Shown here one piece after another: positions 28,848 to 37,278 of a stretch of 64,000 nt of DNA. This DNA is from Marispirochaeta sp. Its GTDB lineage: Bacteria > Spirochaetota > Spirochaetia > JC444 > Marispirochaetaceae. The translations under genes were made by a program, and so were the position numbers. The stretch spans positions 384,001-448,000 of the forward strand of contig CAXXFF010000001.1 in the NCBI GenBank assembly GCA_963676835.2, written 5' to 3'. Positions within the stretch are counted from its first letter, which is position 1. Each line of letters starts with the position of its first letter. A model generated the notes under the pieces. The model was not told where the DNA came from, ran no database searches, and worked only from the letters and a program-made list of their open reading frames with translations.

Positions 28848-31265
28848 TCAGGCAAGTCTCTTCGGACGTGTTTGTTGAAGGGCGGGAAATTTCATCAGGA
28901 GAGAATCTACAGCCTTCTGCTGAAGAGAGCTACCTGTGGATGCCGTCATTTCCCGGGTAATATGTAACAAGTCTGTTAAACTGCTGTTGTTCAGTATATC
29001 TGCAGCGGGCGTTCTTAAATCGAGAAGATAAACATCCGTCCGGGAATCTGCAAGAACATGGTCATACAGCACGGGGTTTTTCAGATATAGACCATTGTAA
29101 TCCCCTGCCCGTTTAATCACCCGGATTGTATTTCCCTGATCATCCCTGATCTCCGCAGATTTATTACATCCGGGGAGACATGCAGCATCCATAACCACTT
29201 TGGCGCAGTCAGTACAGTTCCTTACAATACAGTGCCGTGTCTTCATCAGCAGGAGCGGCGAGATAAGGGCTGCCCAGAGTTCCATATCTCCCGGGATCGA
29301 TGTCTCATGTATCTGACTGCCGGACAACTCCTGTGACAGAAAAGCACCGTCGGCACCGTACTGCTGAAAGAACTCGAGACTGTATCCGTTGCTGCCGTTC
29401 AGCATGGGACCTGCAATCCAGGGAATACCTTTTTCGCCGGCATACCAGGCAATACCGGAGTTATCCGTTGCGATCCGCCTGAAGGAACGTCGATTCAGCA
29501 ATGCACAGGCGGCCTCAAACTGTTCTCCAATAAGGATAGAAGGAAACCAGGGAATGAGATCCGGAAATGAATCAAACACCTTATCAGCCTGGTGCATACC
29601 GTTGGCGTCTGCGGGCAGCTGAAAAAGAACGGTAATATCAGACCCGGCCGGAATACCATGTAAAATTTCAGAGTTGTCCACCAACAGCGCCAATCCGGGT
29701 TTAAGGGATTCACCCTCTGTCCGGACCGGAAGGACGGGTTTTATCCTGTATTCAGCATTTTGAACTGAAAGCTGCTCAACCGCGTCCCTGCGCAGCTGAT
29801 TGATCACTTTTACGGGGATAAACAGATCTCCATCCAGGTCATCGAGATCACAGGTTTCCAGATAAAACTCTGAGTTTCCCAGGCGGGACAGCTGTTTATA
29901 GACAGCCTCCTTCTCAGTGGGCCGCTTTTCGGCTTTTTCCAGCCTTGCCTCAGAAACAACAGATACCTGCTGTCCTTCTGCGTGTGCCAGCAACGTTAAA
30001 GGAGATCCGGCACTGCCGGAAAGTTTCATCCGCAGCGGTTTCTTCTTCTCCGTCCAGCTCAGTTCACGGACTGCTTTTTTAAGATTCTTTCCTGCCATGG
30101 ATTCCGGCTGACCCCAGACAATATGTCCGCGCTGGATTTTCCCTTTTAGAACATGTTCCATCCTGAATCGGAACACTCCCGGTGAAAGCTTTTCTCCAAG
30201 CAAACCGGTGCAGATAAAATTACCTTCCGTTGTTTTGATGGTAACAGTCCTGCCCTCCTCCAGGGAACTGCCGTCTGTGAAGGCAATTTCCTTCCTGTCT
30301 GCAGAGTACCCCTTGACCTTATCAAGTATGTTTAAGGATTGATCATCACTATCTGAGGTAAAAGCGTCAGATCCCAGCCTTCCTCTGATAAGATTATCAC
30401 TGAAAGAACGGTTAAAAACAGCGTCCAGTCTGGAATCTGAAACATGAGGAGCCTCTCCTTTACCAAGACGGTCAAGCTGCTCTCTCCAGGCGGAGGTGGT
30501 ATTATAAACGTATTCATAGCCTTTTATACGGCCTTCAATCTTCAGGGAATCCGCTCCTGCTCTTAACAGCTCTTCAGCAGACGAAAAGACTGAATTATCC
30601 TTCAGATTGAGGGGCCTTAGTCTATCATTTCTGCCGGAGTATTCCCTGCGGCAGGGCTGCACACAGGCACCACGGTTGGCACTGTTACCGTACAGACAGC
30701 CGGACATATAGCATTGGCCTGAAAATGAGACACAGTAGGCCCCATGCACAAACACCTCTACCTTCATCCCGAGTTCATGGGCAGCATCAGCAAGATCAGA
30801 AATCTCATCCAGTGAAAGTTCTCTGCTGAAGTTGACCTGGGAAACTACGGCCCGGGAAAGAAGTTCAAGCTGGCCCCGGTTGTGGGTGGTCATCTGAGTT
30901 GATGCATGTATTTCCAGATCCGGAAAAACACGCCGTACCACAGAAAGCAGCCCGTAATCCTGAAGAATTACAGCATTGATGCCTGCATTTACGGCATCCT
31001 GCAGCAGCTGCACTAGAGAATTGAACTCATTTTCCAGAGCCAGAACATTGAGGGTAAGGTAGATTTTGACACACCGCTCCCCTGCAATACCGCAAAGTTC
31101 TTTCAGCTCTTCATATGTTATATTTACGGCCCGTTTGCGGGCATTGAAATCTCCTACTCCCAGAAAAACCGCATCGGCGCCGGCCAGAATAGCAGCCTTT
31201 ACCGAGTCGGAATCTCCCCCGGGAGAAAGTAGTTCAACCGTCCTGTTTATAAAACCAGTCATCAA
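28848..31265 (-). CDS. U32-family protein (long RlhA-like RNA hydroxylation type)
   Basis: ELLSPGG, GADAV, HASTQ, VHGAYC..SGQC, NRGACVQPCR and KIEGR. Confidence 0.85.
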   Translation of the reverse strand: MMTGFINRTVELLSPGGDSDSVKAAILAGADAVFLGVGDFNARKRAVNITYEELKELCGIAGERCVKIYLTLNVLALENEFNSLVQLLQDAVNAGINAVILQDYGLLSVVRRVFPDLEIHASTQMTTHNRGQLELLSRAVVSQVNFSRELSLDEISDLADAAHELGMKVEVFVHGAYCVSFSGQCYMSGCLYGNSANRGACVQPCRREYSGRNDRLRPLNLKDNSVFSSAEELLRAGADSLKIEGRIKGYEYVYNTTSAWREQLDRLGKGEAPHVSDSRLDAVFNRSFSDNLIRGRLGSDAFTSDSDDQSLNILDKVKGYSADRKEIAFTDGSSLEEGRTVTIKTTEGNFICTGLLGEKLSPGVFRFRMEHVLKGKIQRGHIVWGQPESMAGKNLKKAVRELSWTEKKKPLRMKLSGSAGSPLTLLAHAEGQQVSVVSEARLEKAEKRPTEKEAVYKQLSRLGNSEFYLETCDLDDLDGDLFIPVKVINQLRRDAVEQLSVQNAEYRIKPVLPVRTEGESLKPGLALLVDNSEILHGIPAGSDITVLFQLPADANGMHQADKVFDSFPDLIPWFPSILIGEQFEAACALLNRRSFRRIATDNSGIAWYAGEKGIPWIAGPMLNGSNGYSLEFFQQYGADGAFLSQELSGSQIHETSIPGDMELWAALISPLLLMKTRHCIVRNCTDCAKVVMDAACLPGCNKSAEIRDDQGNTIRVIKRAGDYNGLYLKNPVLYDHVLADSRTDVYLLDLRTPAADILNNSSLTDLLHITREMTASTGSSLQQKAVDSLLMKFPALQQTRPKRLA

Positions 31266-31370
31266 TAGGTATAGTATGGCAAATAAAACGTTTACCGTGA
31301 ATAGAAATATGGAAATATCGGAAGTTGAAAATCCACTTCCTCTATCGGAGAATCTGCTGAAAGGTTACCA

Positions 31371-33866
31371 CTAATACTCATCAACATCCTCATAGCCGAC
31401 AACCGTATTGGCATGATTGAGCGAGTCAGGATTGTATGAATCTGCATCCCATATATCGTTTCCGTCAAGTTTACTGTACTTGGTTGAATCGATGGTAATG
31501 GAAACAAGGACTCCTTCCGCGAGCAGACTGCGCAGCAGATTGATTTCATCATCGGAGGTTACGGTAAAATAGTAATCCGTACCGTAGGTGGCGTCATCCC
31601 GAAGAAAGCTGGACCTGGCAAGAGGTGCTTCCCTCCAGGCTGTTTCATCGGGCCAGCTGGTGTGGTCTGAGGCACTGTAGGGCATGGTGTCCCAGGAGGC
31701 ACAGCCGAACTTATCCAGAATCTGCTGATTTTGAAAATAGCTGGTTCCCACATTTTCCCCATTGTTTATCTGATGATAGATAAAGTCCGGGGAGTATATC
31801 CAGTCAAGCAGACTTGAAGGCTTGTAGCCGTTACTTTCGGCAGATGCAACATTTCTCTCATGTTCATAGGCTTCCTGAAAGGTTTTTATATAGTATCCAA
31901 CCGACCAGGATACACAGGAACCTTCAGAACCCTGGGACCCTATGGGAGGAAAGTATGGACCTTCAGACCAGTCAACTGCGGTCGGTATAGTCGGATCCAC
32001 TGCGGTTATTGATGCACCGACAGAGTGATATGGAGTCTTTGGGGTCAGCACTGCACCAGTTTCAGCAATATATTCCCACTCCTCTTCTGTCGGCGGCCGC
32101 CAGCCGGTTCCCATTCCATTTACTATTCTGTTGTAATCCTTGTCCGGATCTGCAGTTCCCATCTCATCTTTCATTTTCTGAAGATCATTTTGTGAAATGG
32201 GCTGGACCTCCGCATGCCGGGTAACAGCGGAACTGACCGAGAAGAGAGAAGAAGTGACCGGGACCGGCTCAAACTCTTCAGCGGGAATTACAATAGAGAC
32301 TATTTCTCCATCATCAAAACTCATGGGCAAACCCGCGGCAGAGGCCTGGTCAGAGGGTTCTGGAGATAGATAATTATAAGTGCTGTGCTCCTCAAGCGAA
32401 AAACTGATTATCGACCCGCTGAATTCCGTCCCATCCGCTGGATCCTCATCCTTGTCCCGTATCCGCAGGAAAAAATCCTCATTGCCCATGTACTGGGCAA
32501 ACTCGCTTACATCAATAACCAGCGGAGAGGCCGGAAAAGATTCTGAGCCGTTGGGGCTGCTGTAAAAATAAGTGGTATAGGTCTGATTGTAGTAATCTTC
32601 AGAACTGCTGACACTCTTCCAGGCAACAGGGTCTTCCGGATCACCCACACCAAGGTAAATATTACAGGCATTGCGCCGGTCATGATCTATCAGAACCTTT
32701 GCAACATACTGCGGGGTATAGCCCGCCCGGTCGGCATAAATATAGACCGGCACCCTGCGAAGCTTCATAGCCTCGTAGGTTATATAATAAAAACCGTCTC
32801 CCACTTTTTCACCGGAAAAAGGATTTCCCCAGGAGTTGGCTACCTTGAAATAGCCCATAGGCCCGGGGACAGCCGAGGTGCGTACCGGTTCGGACATATC
32901 AGATTCATTACCGTCGACAACAGCTGCTATTCTGTAGAAGTACTCCTGTCCCTGGCTTACACTGGTATCAGTGTAGCTGATGTCAGTGTAGCTGGCGGAT
33001 GTAATGGAACCCGATACCAGCAGGTATGGTCCGGCTTCAGATTCCGACCGGTAGAGCAGGTATTCGGCATCGGAAAAGCTGTAATAGTAGCTCCAGGTAA
33101 GGGTAATTGAATCATCTGAATGGTCAAATACAGTAAGATTATTGGGTACCGGCGGTTCTACAGTAAACGCCCTTACCTCGGACCATGCCCCGGTTTGGTT
33201 ACCGCAGAATGCCTGAACCCGCCAGTACTGGCTCTCCAGCATTGTAGTAGAGGTAAAAGAGCGACTGTATTCTGAGTCGTAGCAGACAGTTCCATTATAA
33301 TAGCTGTTGCCTCCGGTGCTGTCATCAACGCCGATACCGTCCTTGTCGTCATCATCCCGTACAGGGAGTGTGCCAAAATCAAAGTAATACCCTTCTGCAC
33401 CGGGAACATCCTCCCAGTCAAACTGCCAGAGCCCGGGATTTCCTCCGCCGCCGTTATCCAGATAGTCATCTGCTTCGGGAGTATTCAGAAGCGGTGTTTC
33501 CAGAGAAGAAATACTGATGGAAAAATCGCCCTCTACTGTAGGCGATTTCTCAAGACCCTCAGCAGAGGCATAAGCCATCACCGTCAGAGTTGAACCGTCA
33601 TCATTTACAGGAATTCCGCTGCTGTATACACTTGAATTAATATCAGGGATCGTGCCGTCGGTGGTGTAATAGATTACAGCTCCAGTAGTTGCGCAGCTGA
33701 TTTCAAGAACAAAATCATTTGCATAAACACCGGAATCGGGAAAAAACTCAGGAGCAGCAACAGTGGCAACTGAAGATGCGCTTCCACTACCGGCGGGAGT
33801 ACAGGAACAAAATAAACCGGAAAGAGAAATCATTAAAAATAAAACTTTCATATACAGGTTATTCAT
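31371..33866 (-). CDS. Lipoprotein with FN3-like domains and a circularly permuted papain-family (C1) peptidase
   Basis: Lipoprotein signal (LSGLFC); IYYTTDG.P domain; FN3 domain; FKVANSWG (N344); QGSEGSCVSW (C651); NHANTVVGY (H818). Confidence 0.82.
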   Translation of the reverse strand: MNNLYMKVLFLMISLSGLFCSCTPAGSGSASSVATVAAPEFFPDSGVYANDFVLEISCATTGAVIYYTTDGTIPDINSSVYSSGIPVNDDGSTLTVMAYASAEGLEKSPTVEGDFSISISSLETPLLNTPEADDYLDNGGGGNPGLWQFDWEDVPGAEGYYFDFGTLPVRDDDDKDGIGVDDSTGGNSYYNGTVCYDSEYSRSFTSTTMLESQYWRVQAFCGNQTGAWSEVRAFTVEPPVPNNLTVFDHSDDSITLTWSYYYSFSDAEYLLYRSESEAGPYLLVSGSITSASYTDISYTDTSVSQGQEYFYRIAAVVDGNESDMSEPVRTSAVPGPMGYFKVANSWGNPFSGEKVGDGFYYITYEAMKLRRVPVYIYADRAGYTPQYVAKVLIDHDRRNACNIYLGVGDPEDPVAWKSVSSSEDYYNQTYTTYFYSSPNGSESFPASPLVIDVSEFAQYMGNEDFFLRIRDKDEDPADGTEFSGSIISFSLEEHSTYNYLSPEPSDQASAAGLPMSFDDGEIVSIVIPAEEFEPVPVTSSLFSVSSAVTRHAEVQPISQNDLQKMKDEMGTADPDKDYNRIVNGMGTGWRPPTEEEWEYIAETGAVLTPKTPYHSVGASITAVDPTIPTAVDWSEGPYFPPIGSQGSEGSCVSWSVGYYIKTFQEAYEHERNVASAESNGYKPSSLLDWIYSPDFIYHQINNGENVGTSYFQNQQILDKFGCASWDTMPYSASDHTSWPDETAWREAPLARSSFLRDDATYGTDYYFTVTSDDEINLLRSLLAEGVLVSITIDSTKYSKLDGNDIWDADSYNPDSLNHANTVVGYEDVDEY

Positions 33867-33939
33867 AAATACTCCCGCTTTTATTAATGGAATTATATCA
33901 CAAATGTGCAGGATTTTCCCGGTGCTGACCTCTCCGGGA

Positions 33940-35736
33940 CTAGCCCAGATGCTCCCGTATTACCGCCAGGAAATCACTGCCGAAGGCGGTCAGCTTCTTT
34001 TCCCCCACACCGGGAACATTCAGCATGTCCGCACCTGTTTCCGGCAGCATCTCAGCCATATAGAGCAGGGTTTTATCGGAAAAAATTATATACGGCGGAA
34101 CATGTTTCTGCCGCGCAAGAGAAGTTCTAACGGCTTTGAGCTTATCCAGTAATGCTTCGTCTGCATCAACAACAGAGAGCTCACGTTCCGCTGCTGATGC
34201 TTTGCGGTTTTTCCGCTCCGGCTCTTTCCGCTCCAGAATAAAGAAGGACTCATCCCCAAAAAGGAGCCTGCTGCCCGCAGGGGTTATACGCAGGACATTG
34301 AAATGGCCGCTGTCCCTATGGATCATCTGCTGTCCTATCAGTTCAGAAACAATACCATTCCACCATGCCTTGCTTTTATCCCGGCCCACGCCGTAGGTTT
34401 TTAGGGCTGAATGATTATTCTTGCGGATCTTTTCCGTATCCGCTCCCCGGACAATATCGATAATATGCTGAATACCGAAACCTTCCCGGGTACGGTAAAT
34501 GGCAGATAGAATTTTTCTGGCATCAGTTCCGGCATCGGTTTTACCAGTGGAACCGGTACAGACATCGCAGGTTCCGCAGTCCTCTTCAACCTCTTCGTCA
34601 AAGTATTCCAGTATCTGTCGTCGCCTGCAGACATTAACCGAGGCGAAACGGGCAACGCGTTCAAGATTATCCCGGCTCCGCCGCTGCTCTGCCGGATCCT
34701 CAATCTGTTTTATAAAGTATTCAAGACGGGGGATATCCCCGTTACTGAAAAACATAATACACCGGGAATCTACGCCGTCCCGGCCTGCCCGGCCGGTCTC
34801 CTGGTAGTAGCCCTCCATGCTTTTGGGCAGGTCGCCATGGATTATAAAGCGGATGTTATTTTTATCGATGCCCATCCCGAATGCCGTAGTCGCCGTTATT
34901 ACCCGGACTTCATCGTTATTGAACAGTTCCTGATTACGGCTTCTCTCTTCCTTCCTCAATCCCGCATGATACGGAACAGCCTCGATACCCTGTTTTCTCA
35001 GGTACTCAGCAGTCTTTTCCGTATCCTTCCGGCTTAAACGGTAAACAATACCGGCCTGACCGGAAAAATTCCGTACCGCCTGGCTTATCTGGCTTAATAC
35101 CTCTGTTTTCGGCAGCACCTGATAGTGAAGTTCCTTCCGGTTAAAGGATGCCCGTATGAGAAAAGGCCTTGTCAGCTGCAGAAGCCGGATAATATCTTTT
35201 TGAACCTGCAGAGTTGCGGTAGCGGTAAATGCCGCTATAGGCACCGAAGGAAAGGCATGTTTTAACGCAGATAGAACAAGATAATCCGGACGGAAATCAT
35301 GCCCCCATTCGGAAAGACAGTGAGCCTCATCCACAGCAAAAAAGCATACCTTAAACTGGTTGAGTTTCTCCCCGAAGCCGTCAAGTGCCAACCGTTCCGG
35401 AGAGACATACAAGAGTTTGACTTCGTTCCGGTAGAGTCTTGAATATACATCTGAGGCCTCTTCTGCGGTCTGGCTGCTGTTCAGATATGCAGCGGGAATA
35501 CCAAGGGCAGAAGCAGAGTCAACCTGATCCTTCATAAGGGCAATAAGAGGGCTGACAACTACAGTCAAGCCTTCCAACATTAATGCCGGCAGCTGATAAC
35601 AGAGGCTTTTACCTCCCCCTGTAGGCATAGCAGCAAAAACATCCCGGCCGTCAAGGACAGCCTGGATAATCTCTTCCTGATTCCGACGGAATGATGAGTA
35701 GCCGAATACCTTTTTAAGAATCTTTTTTGCAGTCAT
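33940..35736 (-). CDS. recQ: ATP-dependent DNA helicase RecQ
   Basis: PTGGGKSLCYQLP, DEAHC, QETGRAGRDG, zinc-binding Cys residues, RQC and HRDC domains. Confidence 0.95.
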   Translation of the reverse strand: MTAKKILKKVFGYSSFRRNQEEIIQAVLDGRDVFAAMPTGGGKSLCYQLPALMLEGLTVVVSPLIALMKDQVDSASALGIPAAYLNSSQTAEEASDVYSRLYRNEVKLLYVSPERLALDGFGEKLNQFKVCFFAVDEAHCLSEWGHDFRPDYLVLSALKHAFPSVPIAAFTATATLQVQKDIIRLLQLTRPFLIRASFNRKELHYQVLPKTEVLSQISQAVRNFSGQAGIVYRLSRKDTEKTAEYLRKQGIEAVPYHAGLRKEERSRNQELFNNDEVRVITATTAFGMGIDKNNIRFIIHGDLPKSMEGYYQETGRAGRDGVDSRCIMFFSNGDIPRLEYFIKQIEDPAEQRRSRDNLERVARFASVNVCRRRQILEYFDEEVEEDCGTCDVCTGSTGKTDAGTDARKILSAIYRTREGFGIQHIIDIVRGADTEKIRKNNHSALKTYGVGRDKSKAWWNGIVSELIGQQMIHRDSGHFNVLRITPAGSRLLFGDESFFILERKEPERKNRKASAAERELSVVDADEALLDKLKAVRTSLARQKHVPPYIIFSDKTLLYMAEMLPETGADMLNVPGVGEKKLTAFGSDFLAVIREHLG

Positions 35737-35761
35737 AAACAGATAATAACTTTACAGGGGC

Positions 35762-36424
35762 TCAGACCAGAAACTGATAGACCGACATCATGGTGCCCAT
35801 AATAATAAACCCCAGGCTCATAAAGCGGAACATCATATCAAAACGTCTGTCCATATTGTGCTGCGTTGATGTAAAACGCTGATCAAGGCTGTGCTGGGTC
35901 TCCTCAAAACGTTTGTCCATCTGTTCAAACCGCTTGTCCATATTCTGCTGCATAGACTCAAAGCGCTTGTCCATATTCTGCTGCATAGACTCAAAGCGCT
36001 TATCCATGTTCAGATGCATAGACTCAAAACGTTTATCCATGTTCAGCTGCATCGCTTCAAAACGATTATCCACCTGTTCAAAGCGCCGTTCCATATTCTG
36101 CTGCATGACTTCGAATCGTTTATCCATACTCTGCTGTATTACTTCGAAACGTTTGTCGACCTGCTCGAAGCGCTTATCTACCTGTTCAAGGCGCTTGTCG
36201 ACCTGTTCAAAGCGATCATCCATCCGCTTGAATCCCTCTTCAATGCGGCCATCGATACGAATAATGGTTTCCCTGAATGCAGCGTGTTCTAAATTGTTCT
36301 GATCTTTCAAAATCATATTCTGTGTGAGCAGGGTAATATAGCGGTGAAGAGAACCTCTATTTTTCACCTCAAAGGCATCTTCCAGTTCGTGTTCCAGCAT
36401 ATCGGCCAGACTATCCATGGTCAT
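35762..36424 (-). CDS. Coiled-coil protein with C-terminal membrane anchor, paralog 3 (220 aa)
   Basis: Same head and TM tail as the genes at 9421-10275, with 13 DxRF-type repeats in the stalk. Confidence 0.82.
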   Translation of the reverse strand: MTMDSLADMLEHELEDAFEVKNRGSLHRYITLLTQNMILKDQNNLEHAAFRETIIRIDGRIEEGFKRMDDRFEQVDKRLEQVDKRFEQVDKRFEVIQQSMDKRFEVMQQNMERRFEQVDNRFEAMQLNMDKRFESMHLNMDKRFESMQQNMDKRFESMQQNMDKRFEQMDKRFEETQHSLDQRFTSTQHNMDRRFDMMFRFMSLGFIIMGTMMSVYQFLV

Positions 36425-36497
36425 CTCCTTAACAATATAACAGTTCTACCTATTAATACAAAGAGATGACCCGGTTTGCTTCAGCTGTAAGCAGTTT

Positions 36498-37226
36498 TTA
36501 CCAGCGGTTGTATCCGCGCAGGGTTAATACCTGACTGTTCATCTTGCTGGACTGTTCAGATGCGAGAAAAAGAATGGCAGAGGCAGCTTCTTCAACCTCA
36601 AACAGATCCCCTCCGCTGGCAAGAATAAAATCCCTTACCGCCGACTCTTCGAACATTTCCGTCCGCACAGGGCCGGTACAGATGGCATTGATCCGCACAC
36701 CGGATTTTTTATATTCATCCGCCAGAGCATGGGTAAATCCGAGAACCGCAGCTTTTGATGAGCTGTAAGCGGTACTTCCCGGAAGTCCCCGTAAACCTGC
36801 AGCAGAGGCGACATTCACAATATTTCCAGAACCGGCCTCAAGCATAGCAGGGAGAAAGGTCCGGGTAACCAGCATGGTGCCCGTAAGATTTACATTATGA
36901 ATAAACTCCCACTCTTCAATGCTTATTTCAAGAAAAGGCTTCTCGATGGAGACACCGGCGTTATTAATCAATATATCAACCTTGCCGAAGGCAGATTCAG
37001 CAGCTCTTTTTAACCTTTCAAGATCTTCCTGCTTGGTAATATCTCCAGCAAAGGTAATAATCTCTGCCCCGTCCCCTGTGAGTTCATCTTTAAGAGCTGT
37101 TAGAGCATCCTCAGAACGTGCGGTTAATACGAGTTTTGCACCTTCGGATGCAAAACATTTTGCAACACCTTTGCCGATTCCCCGGCTGGCACCGGTAATC
37201 AGCGCTGTTTTTCCTGTTAAAATCAT
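36498..37226 (-). CDS. SDR-family oxidoreductase
   Basis: TGASRGIG, NNAG and YSSSK. Confidence 0.92.
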   Translation of the reverse strand: MILTGKTALITGASRGIGKGVAKCFASEGAKLVLTARSEDALTALKDELTGDGAEIITFAGDITKQEDLERLKRAAESAFGKVDILINNAGVSIEKPFLEISIEEWEFIHNVNLTGTMLVTRTFLPAMLEAGSGNIVNVASAAGLRGLPGSTAYSSSKAAVLGFTHALADEYKKSGVRINAICTGPVRTEMFEESAVRDFILASGGDLFEVEEAASAILFLASEQSSKMNSQVLTLRGYNRW

Positions 37227-37278
37227 CTACATTCTCCTGGTTGTCTCTTTAGAGCACCTTTACTCTAAGGCCATACCT

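Noticed and set aside
28848..31265. U32 gene as a collagenase in a three-protease cluster
   Set aside because: U32 proteins with this Cys pattern are known as Fe-S hydroxylation factors, and this one has no signal peptide.
31371..33866. Peptidase gene as a truncated pseudogene or a fusion of fragments
   Set aside because: The frame is open, all catalytic motifs are present once, and the break falls at a surface loop, which fits permutation better. Mis-assembly cannot be excluded without reads.
35891..36302. Plus-strand repetitive ORFs opposite the coiled-coil genes (also 9412-9723, 9449-9652, 9869-10282)
   Set aside because: Antisense shadows of low-complexity repeats. The minus-strand frame has the RBS, the TM tail and conservation across paralogs.
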